Part shown: positions 40,195 through 51,300 of the stretch, piece by piece
How the letters are laid out: each line of letters opens with the position of its first letter
Numbering within the stretch: the first letter of the stretch is position 1
Origin: an uncultured Verrucomicrobiota bacterium
GTDB lineage: Bacteria; Verrucomicrobiota; Kiritimatiellia; JAAZAB01
Length of the DNA stretch: 64,000 bases
Direction: 5' to 3'
Assembly (NCBI GenBank): GCA_964617825.1
Contig: CAZTWL010000006.1
Span: forward strand, 23,315 to 87,314
The notes under the pieces: model-generated
Databases searched by the model: none
What the model was told of the DNA's origin: nothing
What the model saw: the letters and a program-made list of their open reading frames with translations, nothing else
Made by a program: the position numbers and the translations under genes

Positions 40195-42105
40195 ATGAAA
40201 AGAATGCCATTGCGTGACCGAGGGGCTATGGAATTTCGCGCTGTGCAACTGGACATTGCCAACCAGCCCGAAAACCTGGAATACATCCGGTCGTTCATCA
40301 ACTTTGCCGCCAAATGCGGCTATAATTACCTGGCCTTGCATCTCAAGGGCCGGATAAGGACCCGGTCGTTCCCCTATAAAAGCCCAAGCGAGTCCTATTC
40401 CCCGGATGACATGCGCAAAATAGTCGATTATGCCGCCAAAAAGAAAATGGCGGTCTTGCCGATCGTGGAAACCTTCGGTCACGTGGAACAGTTCCTGGAA
40501 TGCCCGGAACTCGCGCATTTGGCGGAATTGCGGGATGGCCGCGAAGGAAGGTTTGCGAAAGCCCGGATGGCGTTTTGTCCCTCCCTTGAGGGAACTCGTG
40601 AATTCCTCGAGAATTACCTGGCGGAAATTGCCGAGCTTTTTCCCTCGGAATATTTTCACGCCGGGTGCGATGAGGTCTGGGACATCGGTTATTGCGACTT
40701 GTGCCGCAAGCGACTGGAGACCGAAACCCAGGCGGATATTTTCGGGAAACATCTGAATCTTGTTCATGGCATCGTTGCGCGCAAGCTGCAGAAGCGGATG
40801 ATAATCTGGGATGACTTGTTCGATCTTTATCCCCAGGCGCTCCGCGCGCTCCCGCGAGACATCATCATGTGCGCCTGGCATTACGATAAGTTGATCGAGA
40901 AGCCGTTTGGCCACTGCGGCGGTCCGCAGACCGACAAGCTGGCTCTCTACGCCAAGCTGGGCTTCAAGTCCATTTTTGCGCCGGCGGTCTTTTCCATCAG
41001 GAATGTCGAATCCTTCAGCGCCTATGCCATGAACCGGAATATTCTGGGCGGCCTGCTTACGGTCTGGGGGATGCAAAGGCTGTTTCTTTTTTCGGACTAT
41101 CCCACGATTGCCTACGCGGGCGCTCTCTGGAGCGGGAAGGAGCGGGATTCCCGCCAAAATCTCCAGGATAAAGCGGTACGCGCGACGACCGGATGCGTGC
41201 AAAAAGAGCAAATCAGCCTGATTAAAGTGATTCTCAATTCCCGGGATATTACCCTCCCGGCCGCGCCCCAGGCTTATTTGCGGGGACCGTTCAGCGATGA
41301 GGAATATGAGCGCAAACAGGTGATCGACGCCGCGCAGGCGGCGCTGGCGTCGTGCGGCCCTGGCGCATCGGGGGCTGTCCATCAGCATGTGCTTGAAGAC
41401 CTGGCCGTATGTGTTGAGGTGGAGTCGATTTATTTCGAGTTGCGGGAACTGCTGACGGCGCTGTATGTGCCCGCAAATTCTCCGCAGCAATGGGCGGAAC
41501 TAAAGCGGTGCATCGAGCGCTGCCGCGGCAGGCTGATAGCCGTCAAGGCCAAGCGGCGCCGCCAATGGGACCGGCATCGCCGCGGGATCAGCCCCTGCAA
41601 GACCGATCCTTATTTCGATTCCTTGATCGGCATGCTTGCCCAGGCGGCGGACGAGGCGAAGAAAACGAAAGCCCTTTTAAAGGTGACGTTCCCGTTCAGC
41701 ACGTCCGGCGTCGAGTTTTTAATAAAATATCGGCATGACCCAAAATGGCGCCGGGCCGCGTCCGGTTCTTTCAATCAAGCTCCGTTTAACGGGCCGTTCC
41801 GCGGTTACTTTCCGCTTTACACGGCAGGGACGCCGGAAGCTATCCGTGTGGAGTCCTGGGGATACTGCCTGACGGGCATCACTTTTCTGGAAGTCGATAC
41901 GGGAAAGTCCCGGTATGTGCCGGCATCCATCGTCGCTCTTGAAGGCCGTGTCATCGATCCCGCGGCGTTGCTGGAGGAAGGCCGGGACTGGTGCTCGATG
42001 GGCGAAGGGGAACAAGGCGCCCGCAGAAAGTTCTGCAATCCGAGCCTGGCCAAGGCGCGCAATGCGATCGAAATTGCCCTCAAGGAAGACGAATTCCCCG
42101 GGTGA
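40195..42105 (+). CDS. glycoside hydrolase family 20-like (beta-N-acetylhexosaminidase catalytic domain)
   Basis: TIM-barrel pattern with an H-x-G-x-D-E motif (FHAGCDEVW) like the GH20 catalytic Asp-Glu pair. Confidence 0.5.
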   Translation: MKRMPLRDRGAMEFRAVQLDIANQPENLEYIRSFINFAAKCGYNYLALHLKGRIRTRSFPYKSPSESYSPDDMRKIVDYAAKKKMAVLPIVETFGHVEQFLECPELAHLAELRDGREGRFAKARMAFCPSLEGTREFLENYLAEIAELFPSEYFHAGCDEVWDIGYCDLCRKRLETETQADIFGKHLNLVHGIVARKLQKRMIIWDDLFDLYPQALRALPRDIIMCAWHYDKLIEKPFGHCGGPQTDKLALYAKLGFKSIFAPAVFSIRNVESFSAYAMNRNILGGLLTVWGMQRLFLFSDYPTIAYAGALWSGKERDSRQNLQDKAVRATTGCVQKEQISLIKVILNSRDITLPAAPQAYLRGPFSDEEYERKQVIDAAQAALASCGPGASGAVHQHVLEDLAVCVEVESIYFELRELLTALYVPANSPQQWAELKRCIERCRGRLIAVKAKRRRQWDRHRRGISPCKTDPYFDSLIGMLAQAADEAKKTKALLKVTFPFSTSGVEFLIKYRHDPKWRRAASGSFNQAPFNGPFRGYFPLYTAGTPEAIRVESWGYCLTGITFLEVDTGKSRYVPASIVALEGRVIDPAALLEEGRDWCSMGEGEQGARRKFCNPSLAKARNAIEIALKEDEFPG

Positions 42106-42217
42106 TGAACGCGGACGAAATCCTTGCCCGGTTTTTATCCGGCCTTTGGGTGGATGCCCGCCGTCGGCGAGCTCCAGGATCGGAGCGCCGGCGAGGACCT
42201 CGGCGGGAACCAACGGC

Positions 42218-43234
42218 TTACCATTTGACGATTGTGCCGCCCCAGGAATAGCCGACCCCAAACCCTACCAGGCAGACAGACATTCCCCTGACGAGCTTGC
42301 CCTCGGTGGCCGCCTGGCTCATGGCGATGGGGATGGAAGCCGAAACGGTGTTTCCGATGTTCAATAAATTCACATAATACTTGTCTTTGGGAATGTTGAT
42401 TTTCACTCTCAATTTTTCAAGCAGGTAAGCGTTAGCCTGATGAAAGATGAACAAATCGACATCGCCGAATTTAATGTTGTTCTTGATCATTACCTGGTTG
42501 ACGAGTTCGGGAACCAGCTGATCGGTAAACTTGAAGAGGGAGGGCCCGTTCATGTAAAGATTGTTCTGCGAGCGGATATTGCCGAATTTATCCTGCACTT
42601 CGAGCGCCGTTGCTTTTGTGCGGGGGATTTTCATGCCGCCCGCCGGGATGCATAATTCGTTGGCGCCGGAGCCATCCGTGCCCAGAATAAATTCGCCGAT
42701 GAAACTGTCTCCGGAGCCCCGGCAGATGAGCGAAGCCGCCGCCCCATCGCCGAAAATGGTGCGGGTCGATTTGTCCCGGGCATTGATATGTTTGGTGTAC
42801 GTATCGGCCATGATTAAGAGCGTATGGCGCGACAAGCCGCTCTGCACCAGCGATTTGGCGAGCGCCAGTCCGTAGATATAGCCGGAACAGCCCAGATTGT
42901 AATCGAAGGCCGCGCAGCTTTTCGACAAACCCAGTCTTTCGTGGACGATGCAGGAAGTGGGCGGAAGCAGGTAATCGGGGCTTTCCGTGCAAAGAATCAG
43001 AAAATCGATTTCAGCGCGGGCGGCCGGATTTTTTTCGAATAACGCATTGGCGGCATTTACCGCCAGGTCCGAAACGAATTCGCCTTCCCCGCAAACCCGC
43101 CGGTTTTGAATTCCAGTTTTCGAAAGAATTTTATTGGTGGTCCATTCGCCGTAATCGCGGATCAACTCCTGGTTGGAACATGATTTCTCTGGCAGATGAA
43201 TTTCTATGGAATGAATATGTGCTGAATTTGGCAT
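42218..43234 (-). CDS. 3-oxoacyl-ACP synthase III (FabH-like KAS III)
   Basis: Active-site Cys context (CAAFDYNLGCSGYIYGL), His/Asn (FHQAN, GNTVSASIP) and a GFGVGYSWG C-terminus. Confidence 0.8.
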   Translation of the reverse strand: MPNSAHIHSIEIHLPEKSCSNQELIRDYGEWTTNKILSKTGIQNRRVCGEGEFVSDLAVNAANALFEKNPAARAEIDFLILCTESPDYLLPPTSCIVHERLGLSKSCAAFDYNLGCSGYIYGLALAKSLVQSGLSRHTLLIMADTYTKHINARDKSTRTIFGDGAAASLICRGSGDSFIGEFILGTDGSGANELCIPAGGMKIPRTKATALEVQDKFGNIRSQNNLYMNGPSLFKFTDQLVPELVNQVMIKNNIKFGDVDLFIFHQANAYLLEKLRVKINIPKDKYYVNLLNIGNTVSASIPIAMSQAATEGKLVRGMSVCLVGFGVGYSWGGTIVKW

Positions 43235-43241
43235 GCGTCTC

Positions 43242-43844
43242 CTAAGCCATCTCCGTCTTGCCCTGACCCCGCGGATATTGAGGAAGTCGCCGCGGCATCG
43301 TCGAGTTCGCCAAATCGTCGGCGAGCCGTAGAAGCGTATTTTTTATGCGCTTGCACTGGCTTTTGCTGAAAGGCGAAAGGCCAAGCAAAGCCGACATCCA
43401 AATGCCCTCGGTGGCCAGCGAAAGGAGCATCATGTGCTCGGGATTGGGCGATGTTTTGATAATTCTGGTTAAATTCTTCAGGTTCTTCTTGCGGATGGTC
43501 TGGAGCAATTGCGGCTCGCGGGTCAAAGCCGCCAGCAAAGCCATGGCCGCGCTGCGGTAATCTTCGCCGATAGCTGACCAGGTCAGGATATAGGCCTTGA
43601 TTTCGCGGACGGGGCTTGCCGGCAGCGACGACCGGATATTATCCAGGCGCTTTTCCATGCGGTCGACAAATCTCTTCAACATTGCCCGCAGAAAATCGCG
43701 CTGGCTTGGGAAATGATACATCAGCCCGCCCTTGCTGACGCCAGCCTTGGAAGCCACGGCATCCATGGTCATATGCTTTGCGCCCTTCTTCAGCACGATC
43801 TCTTCGGCTGCATCCAGTATGCGGTCGCGTGACGACGATTTCAT
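43242..43844 (-). CDS. TetR/AcrR-family transcriptional regulator
   Basis: It has the N-terminal TetR HTH (RDRILDAAEEIVLKKGAKHMTMDAVASKAGVSKGGLMYHFPSQ). Confidence 0.8.
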   Translation of the reverse strand: MKSSSRDRILDAAEEIVLKKGAKHMTMDAVASKAGVSKGGLMYHFPSQRDFLRAMLKRFVDRMEKRLDNIRSSLPASPVREIKAYILTWSAIGEDYRSAAMALLAALTREPQLLQTIRKKNLKNLTRIIKTSPNPEHMMLLSLATEGIWMSALLGLSPFSKSQCKRIKNTLLRLADDLANSTMPRRLPQYPRGQGKTEMA

Positions 43845-43869
43845 GCTAACTCCTCCCGTGTGGTTAAGG

Positions 43870-43891
43870 CTATACCAACTGGTCGGTATAG
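43870..43891. promoter_or_regulatory. palindromic putative TetR operator (CTATACCAACTGGTCGGTATAG)
   Basis: A near-perfect 22-bp palindrome 26 bp upstream of the tetR start codon. Confidence 0.4.
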
Positions 43892-44282
43892 TATCAATAT
43901 TATATTTGTCATCCGGAGGCCAGCATTACGCCGTTCTGGGAAGAATCCCGGCGCGACCAGTTCAACCGGCTTTCCGGCCCCTGGAACTGTGAGGGCCGCC
44001 AGCCCGAACCTGCTATGGAGTCGAGCGGCAGCCGCGCCAGACGCTTGGTATGACCATGCCGCCGGGGTGATCATCGTGCGGAAAACCTGTCGCCTGCCGG
44101 TTCCAAACCGGCGGCGGATGGGCCGGACCGCCGCCGAGAACGTGCCGTCACGGCCTGCAGTAGCGGTTCCTGTTGGAATTTGTCGGGTTTGCGCTAGCAT
44201 TCATGGACGCGACTTGCTACATTGACCGCCAACGTGTCTTGAACTGGTCGGATCGGCAAAGAGTCTGCCGGATCAGGCTATC

Positions 44283-44477
44283 GTGCAAGAACAAGAACGC
44301 TGGCTCTCGGTCGAGGAGATTGCCGTCCACCTAGGCGTCAATCGGGACACGATTTACAAGTGGATTGATCGGTGTCAGATGCCCGCCCACAAGCTCGGTA
44401 AGCTTTGGAAATTCAAGGCGACCGAGGTTGACGAGTGGATTCGAGAGGGCAAAGCAGGCGAAGGGGAACGCAAGTGA
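44283..44477 (+). CDS. small excisionase/AlpA-family HTH DNA-binding protein
   Basis: 64 aa. An LSVEEIAVHLGVNRDTIYKWI helix-turn-helix is present. This is the first gene of the lower-GC island. Confidence 0.6.
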   Translation: MQEQERWLSVEEIAVHLGVNRDTIYKWIDRCQMPAHKLGKLWKFKATEVDEWIREGKAGEGERK

Positions 44478-44511
44478 ACATGACCTCGATCATGGGAATG
44501 GGACGGACGTA

Positions 44512-47500
44512 ATGCCCCAGATATTCGACAACATCGAGAAGCACCTTCTGACGGCCCTCTCCGAAGCGATGGGACTCTCGAAGAGGTCTGATTTCTGCGT
44601 CGGCTACTTCAACCTTCGCGGATGGCGGCAGATTGATTCCTTCGTCGAGAAATGGCCTGGTGGGGACGGCAACTGTTGCCGGTTAATGGTCGGCATGCAG
44701 ACCCTTCCGGCCGAGGATCTCCACGCTGCCCTCAGTCTCGCCACAACACCAGCCCGCATGGACAACGCCACGGCGCTCCGTCTGAAGAAGGCGCTGGCGG
44801 AGGAGTTCCGTAACCAGCTCTGTATCGGCGCGCCTACCGAAGATGACGAACGTGGCCTCCGCCGATTGGCCGCCCAGATCAAAGCGCAGAAGGTCGTCGT
44901 CAAACTCTTCGTCAAGCACCCGCTGCATGCCAAGCTCTACCTCCTTTTTCGCCCAGACCCGATCAACCCCATCGTCAGTTATCTCGGCAGCAGCAATCTC
45001 ACCCTGGCGGGCCTGTCCAAACAGGGCGAGTTGAACGTGGACGTGCTCGACCATGATGCCACCCAGAAACTCGCAAGGTGGTTTGAAGACCGATGGAACG
45101 ATCACTGGTGCCTCGATATCTCGAAGGAGCTGGTCGAGATCATCGAAACGAGCTGGGCGCGAGAGACGCCCATCCCGCCGTATCACATCTACCTGAAGAT
45201 CGCCTATTGCCTCTCCCAAGAGGCCCGCGCTGGCCTCACCGAGTTCCGCATCCCCAAGGAGTTCGGGAACAAGCTCTTTGATTTCCAGAAAGCTGCGGTC
45301 AAGATCGCCGCTCATCATCTGAACAAGCGTCACGGCGTTATGATCGGCGACGTGGTCGGGCTGGGCAAGACCATCATGGCAACCGCCGTGGCCCGCATCT
45401 TCGAAGATGACCACGGTCTGGAGACCCTGATCATCTGCCCGAAGAACCTCGTTCGCATGTGGGAGGACTACAAGGAGCAGTACCGGCTGCATGCCAGGGT
45501 TCTCTCCATCACCCGGGCCATTGCCGAACTGCCCGAGTGTCGCCGTTACCGTCTCGTCGTGGTGGACGAGAGTCACAACCTCCGCAACCGCGAGGGCAAG
45601 CGCTACCACGCCATCCGCGACTACATAGAGAAGAACGAAAGCCGTGTTATCCTGCTGTCGGCCACGCCTTACAACAAGAGCTACCTCGACCTGGCCAGCC
45701 AACTCCGACTCTTCGTTGCCGAAGACCGTGACCTCGGCATCCGCCCGGAGCGCTTGCTTCAGGAAGTTGGCGAGACCGAGTTCATCCGACAGCACCAGTG
45801 CGCGGTCCGTTCGCTCGCTGCTTTCGAGCACAGCGAACACCCGGACGACTGGCGTGAACTCATGCGACTCTACCTTGTCCGTCGCACGCGCAGTTTCATT
45901 CAGGACAACTATGCGCAGTATGACCCCCAGCGGAAACAGAAGTTCCTGACCTTTGAAGACGGACGCCGTTCCTATTTCCCGACGCGCGTTCCCAAGACGC
46001 TCAAGTTCCGCGTGGACGAGTGCGACAAGAACGATCAGTACGGCCGCCTCTACTGCGAGGACGTGGTCAAGATCATAAACAAACTCGATCTGCCGCGCTA
46101 TGGTCTGGGTAACTACGTCGCGCCGTCGTCGGACAAGCCCCCATCACAACCCGAGGCCAAACAGATCGAGGACCTATCCCGCGCCGGCAAACGCCTCATG
46201 GGGTTCTGTCGGACGGGCCTTTTCAAGCGTCTGGAGAGTAGCGGTGCGGTCTTCCTGCAGTCCATCGAGCGCCATATCCTACGCAACTATGTCTACATAC
46301 ATGCCATCGAGAACGGTTTTCCGGTCCCCATCGGCACGCAGGATGTGGAAATGCTCGACTCGCGCGTGTACGACGAAGATGCCGACGACGTAAACGCCCG
46401 TCTCGATATTGAGGAGGACGCGACCGAGGAAGCGGCCAACGCCTGCCAGCAACCGCTGCGCACCCCAGAGCAATTCCGTGCCAAAGCCAAAGAGGTCTAT
46501 GAGTTCTACGACAAACACGCCAAGCGCCGCTTCAAGTGGCTGCGGTCCGGCCTGTTCATCGCCGAACTGCGTGATGACCTCGAAAACGATGCCAAAAGCC
46601 TGCTGAAAATTCTGAAGAGCGCCGGGCAGTGGGAACCAGCGGCCGACACAAAACTGCAGACCCTTGCCGCCACCCTCAAGAAGACGCACCCCGGCGACAA
46701 GGTTATAATCTTTACCCAGTTCGCCGACACCGCCCGCTACCTGGAGCGCCAACTTTCTGCCATGAGCGTGGACCGTATCGCGGGTGCGACCGGCGATTCC
46801 AGCGACCCGACCCTTATCGCCTGGCGGTTCAGCCCTGTGAGCAATGGCAAGTGCGCCAGTGTCGCTCCTCTCGATGAACTTCGCGTCCTCGTTGCTACCG
46901 ATGTCCTCAGCGAAGGCCAGAACCTCCAGGATTGTCACATCGTCGTCAACTACGACCTGCCCTGGGCCATCATTCGGCTCATTCAGCGTGCGGGCCGGGT
47001 GGACCGCATCGGTCAGGAGGCGGACACCATCGTCTGTTACTCGTTCCTGCCCGCAGAGGGCGTGGAGAAGATCATCCGCCTCCGCAGTCGGGTTCGCCAG
47101 CGGCTTCAACAGAACCAAGAGGTCGTCGGGGCTGACGAACTCTTCTTCGAAGACCAGCGCGACGAAGCCAAGGCACTCAACGATCTCTACACCGAGAAGG
47201 CCGGTATCCTTGACGGCGAGGCCGACAACGAAGTGGACCTTTCGTCCTACGCTTACCAAATATGGAAGAACGCCCTTGATGCCAATCCAGAACTGGAGAA
47301 GATCGTCCCCGAACTACCGCCGGTGGTGTACAGCTCGCGACCCTGGTCCCCAACTTCCGAAAAACCCGAGGGTGTCCTGGTCTACCTCAAGACAGCTGAC
47401 GGCAACGATGCCCTGGCCTGGATGAACAAAGCTGGTGAGAGCGTCACAGAATCCCAGTACGCTATCCTGCGCGCGGCCGAGTGCAAACCGGAAACGCCGC

Positions 47501-47895
47501 ACGTGTCCCGCCATGTTAACCATCATCAACTGGTGCAGGAGGGCGTCAAACTGATCGTGAAGGAGGAGCGCGCCATCGGCGGCCAGCTCGGGCGGCCATC
47601 CGGCGCGCGCTTCCGCACCTACGAACGCCTGAAAGCCCACGCCGAGGATATTGAGGGTACGCTCTTCGAGTCGACATTGCTGCACAAGGCCATAGAACAG
47701 ATCTACCGTTACCCGCTCCGCCAAACCGCCGTTGACACACTCAACCGTCAACTTCGGTCAGGCATCACCAACCAGGCGCTCGCCGATCTCGTCATGGCCC
47801 TGTACGAAGAAGACCGGCTTTGCATCGTCCATGAGAAGGAAGAAAGCCACGAGCCCCGTATCATCTGCTCTATGGGGTTGAGGGCAGGTGAGTAG
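44512..47895 (+). CDS. PLD-like (HKD) nuclease domain fused to SNF2-family helicase (DrmC+DrmD-like)
   Basis: About 1,128 aa from the ATG at 44512. Single HKD motif (HAKLYLL...GSSNLT). SNF2 motif I (GLGKT), motif II (DESH) and helicase-C (ATDVLSEGQNLQ, QRAGRVDRIGQ) are all present. Confidence 0.8.
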   Translation: MPQIFDNIEKHLLTALSEAMGLSKRSDFCVGYFNLRGWRQIDSFVEKWPGGDGNCCRLMVGMQTLPAEDLHAALSLATTPARMDNATALRLKKALAEEFRNQLCIGAPTEDDERGLRRLAAQIKAQKVVVKLFVKHPLHAKLYLLFRPDPINPIVSYLGSSNLTLAGLSKQGELNVDVLDHDATQKLARWFEDRWNDHWCLDISKELVEIIETSWARETPIPPYHIYLKIAYCLSQEARAGLTEFRIPKEFGNKLFDFQKAAVKIAAHHLNKRHGVMIGDVVGLGKTIMATAVARIFEDDHGLETLIICPKNLVRMWEDYKEQYRLHARVLSITRAIAELPECRRYRLVVVDESHNLRNREGKRYHAIRDYIEKNESRVILLSATPYNKSYLDLASQLRLFVAEDRDLGIRPERLLQEVGETEFIRQHQCAVRSLAAFEHSEHPDDWRELMRLYLVRRTRSFIQDNYAQYDPQRKQKFLTFEDGRRSYFPTRVPKTLKFRVDECDKNDQYGRLYCEDVVKIINKLDLPRYGLGNYVAPSSDKPPSQPEAKQIEDLSRAGKRLMGFCRTGLFKRLESSGAVFLQSIERHILRNYVYIHAIENGFPVPIGTQDVEMLDSRVYDEDADDVNARLDIEEDATEEAANACQQPLRTPEQFRAKAKEVYEFYDKHAKRRFKWLRSGLFIAELRDDLENDAKSLLKILKSAGQWEPAADTKLQTLAATLKKTHPGDKVIIFTQFADTARYLERQLSAMSVDRIAGATGDSSDPTLIAWRFSPVSNGKCASVAPLDELRVLVATDVLSEGQNLQDCHIVVNYDLPWAIIRLIQRAGRVDRIGQEADTIVCYSFLPAEGVEKIIRLRSRVRQRLQQNQEVVGADELFFEDQRDEAKALNDLYTEKAGILDGEADNEVDLSSYAYQIWKNALDANPELEKIVPELPPVVYSSRPWSPTSEKPEGVLVYLKTADGNDALAWMNKAGESVTESQYAILRAAECKPETPHVSRHVNHHQLVQEGVKLIVKEERAIGGQLGRPSGARFRTYERLKAHAEDIEGTLFESTLLHKAIEQIYRYPLRQTAVDTLNRQLRSGITNQALADLVMALYEEDRLCIVHEKEESHEPRIICSMGLRAGE

Positions 47896-47931
47896 TAATT
47901 AGACAATGCAGAAACAACAAGGAGGCTTCGT

Positions 47932-48270
47932 ATGGCGGAGAAATGGACGCAGGAATTACGAAGGATTGCTTTTGCGCGTTTAGCCATGGAGTTTGGCTCG
48001 CAATATTGGGATAAAAACAAGACAGAACTATCCTTCCCAAAACTTACGACTGAGGATGAGGTGTTGGAGCAGATTGCCCGGTACCTCACATGGTTCACTG
48101 GCGAGACGTTTACGGGCAAGAACGTCAACGCACAACTCGCATGGGCAAAGACTGAGCAAAAGCAGGTCATGAAGACCCAGACCAAACAGTTCGTCCTGTG
48201 CCAGGCGGCAGCCTATGAGGTTGGTTTGATTCGCAACCAACCCGCACGTGCGACGACTATTGGTGTATGA
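47932..48270 (+). CDS. hypothetical 112-aa protein between helicase and methyltransferase genes
   Basis: The ORF has a plausible RBS and sits inside the operon. No similarity recognised. Confidence 0.4.
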   Translation: MAEKWTQELRRIAFARLAMEFGSQYWDKNKTELSFPKLTTEDEVLEQIARYLTWFTGETFTGKNVNAQLAWAKTEQKQVMKTQTKQFVLCQAAAYEVGLIRNQPARATTIGV

Positions 48271-48312
48271 TGCTTTGGCAATATAAGCTTTCAGGATTTC
48301 TTCGAAATCGGA

Positions 48313-51300
48313 GTGGATACATTCATGAACAAAGCCACCGCCCGTGAACTCCTTCGCCAGTTTGACTTCAAAGCGCTCTTCCTCAACGAACTCGGCTGGG
48401 ACGATCACGACGGCTCGCTGCCCCTCAAGGTCGGCGAGGATACTGTCACATTGACCGCGGTCGCCGAGAAGCGCGGCATGGCGGCTTACCTTTGCGTCGT
48501 GCCCGGACAGAGGCGATCCTACGACTACCAGACGCGCTGCAAGATCGAAATCCAACTCGCCAAGAGCGTCCGCGAGCATCTGGTCATTTACGCCGATCCC
48601 AACCGTCGCTTCCAGACCTGGCAGTGGGTTAAACGTGAGCCCGGCAAACCTATCGCCCGCCGCGAGCACACGCTCACCGCCAACCAATCCGGTGAGGCTC
48701 TTCTCCAGAAAATTGAAGCCCTGGAGGTCAAGATCGAGGAAGAGGATCAACTCACTCTCGTCGGCATCACCGCGCGTGCACGCCAGGCATTCGACGTGGA
48801 CCGCGTCACCAAGCGCTTCTACGACCGCTTCAAGACCGAGCACGCCGCCTTCCTCAAACAGATTGAAGGCATTGGCGACGAAGACGAGTGCGAATGGTAC
48901 GCATCGATCATGCTCAATCGTCTCAAGTTTGTGTACTTCATTCAGAAGAAGGGTTTCCTCGACCAGGACAAGGACTACCTGCGCAACCGTCTTGCCATGG
49001 TCCAGAAGACCCGACCAAAGACGAAATTCCTCACTTTCTACCGAGCTTTTCTATTGAAGCTCTTCCACGACGGCCTCGGCCGCAAGGAACGCAGTCCCGA
49101 GCTGCACAAACTTCTCGGCACTGTGCCATATCTGAATGGCGGTATCTTTGCCGTCCACCCTCTGGAGGAGAAATACACCGGGATTGATATCCCGGACAAA
49201 GCCTTCGAAAAAGTTTTTGCTTTTTTTGACCAATACCGCTGGCATTTGGACGAGCGTCCCCTCCGTGCCGACGACGAGATCAACCCCGATGTTCTCGGCT
49301 ACATCTTCGAAAAGTACATCAACCAGAAGCAGATGGGGGCCTACTACACCAAGGAAGATATTACCGAGTACATCGCCAAGAACTGCATCGTTCCCTTCAT
49401 CCTCGACCGCGTCGAAACAGACCTCAAGAAGAAACCGGACGCCTTCCGCGCCCTTTTCCAACTGTTGGCCGCCGATCCTGACCGCTACATCTACGATCCC
49501 GTTAAACACGGCGTTGTGCTACCGCTACCGCCCGAGATCGAAAAGGGTGTGGATACGAAGAAGCCGAATCTTATGGAACGCCGCGCTGCCTGGAATAAAC
49601 CCGCCTCATCCGAGTATGCCCTTCCGACCGAGATCTGGCGTGAGGTCGTCGCCCGTCGTCAGCGCTGTGCCGAGTTGCGAACTCGCCTTTCCGCCATTAT
49701 GCCCGATGCCGCCCAATCATTCACAGCAAACGAACTGATCACCCTCAATCTGAACATTCGCCAGTTTGCCCAGGACTGCATCGAGAACGCCGCCACCCCG
49801 GACGTCCTCTGGGCGTTCTGGCAGGCCATCGAACAGATCACTGTCCTCGACCCCACCTGCGGATCAGGTGCATTTCTGTTTGCGGCTGTCAACGTGCTGG
49901 AACCGCTCTACGAAGCTTGCCTGGACCGTATGAAGGCGTTTATGCTCGAATGGCGCCAATCTATCAAGGCACCGTACCCCAACTTCTACAACAAATTCGA
50001 CGCCGTCATTGCGCGCGTCGAAAAACACGCCAACGAAAAGTATTTTATCTTCAAGTCCATTATCATTCGCAATCTCTACGGCGTCGACATCATGGATGAG
50101 GCTGTCGAGATCTGCAAACTACGTCTATTTCTTAAACTTGCTGCCCAGATCGAGCCTGATTATTCTCAAGAGAATCTTGGTATAGAGCCCCTGCCGGACA
50201 TTGATTTCAATGTCCGCGCTGGCAACACGCTAGTTGGCTTTGCCACGGAGAAACAAGCCGAGGAAGTCATCCGACAGGATCTGTTGGCCTACAACACCGT
50301 TTGGCCGGAGGTTCAGCGTGATGTCAAAGAGATCGCGGAGATGTTTGCCTTGTTTCGGCAGCAACAGACAGACCTGGGTGGTGCAGTATGCTCAGAAGAT
50401 AAAGCGCGTCTTCGCAAACGTATTACGCCTCTTGAGGCGCGACTCAATCAGTATCTAGCAGATGCTTACGACATCAACACGAAGGCTGCCGTCAAGGAGT
50501 GGGTTTCAAAGCACAAACCCTTCCACTGGTTTATCGAGTTTTATGCCATTATTTCGAGTGGTGGATTCTGTGTGGTCATAGGTAACCCTCCTTATGTGGA
50601 GTGCCATAAGAACACCAAAGGGACAATTGCCCTTGTGGATGAATACAAGACGCACGATACCGCGAACCTATATCCGTTTATAGTGGAGCGTTCCACGCAT
50701 CTCGTGCGGCCCCGCGGCAGTCTCGGTGTCATTCTACCCCTCAGCGCATTCTGTACTCAGAGAATGGAACCTCTCGTTTCGCTCATCGTCGAACTTCCTG
50801 GTGACAAGTGGATCTCCCACTTCGGGTGGCGACCGGCTACACTCTTTAGTGGTGTTAACATCCCCCTGTCAATTATACTCTGCTTACCGCACTCAGGTTC
50901 ACGGCTGTATACCACGACCTTCCAAAAATGGTACCAAGAAGCCCGTGATTACTTATTTTCACTGATCCAATACGCCGACACCGAAGGATTTGTTCAGAAC
51001 AAATACGTCATCCCTAAGATCGGCAACTCTACGGAACAGTCCATTCTTCGCAAGGCCTTCTCGCAAGGTAAGACTGTTGCCGCTTACCTCGCCGGTGGGA
51101 AACAAGGCGCGACATTATACTACCGGAATACAGGTGGGCTCTATTGGCGGATCATCACCGACTTCCAACCATTGTTTGAACTAGATCACACGAGAATGGC
51201 CTCAAGCACGGAGTCAACACTCATCCTCCGCGATACCAAAGCCCTTAGTGCAATAACCGCGGTCCTTAATACCAACTTCTTCTGGCTCTACTACGTAGTC

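Noticed and set aside
43860-44282. Searched the island's left junction for a tRNA/tmRNA gene or integrase
   Set aside because: No cloverleaf-compatible sequence (no GTTCRANYC T-loop with a paired acceptor stem) was found by eye, and no integrase ORF lies in the window. The island may be delimited beyond the window or may lack an integrase.
44365-44511. Upstream extension of the PLD-SNF2 ORF to 44365
   Set aside because: It overlaps the HTH gene out of frame. The ATG at 44512 follows the HTH stop and begins a sensible N-terminus (MPQIFDNIEKHLL).
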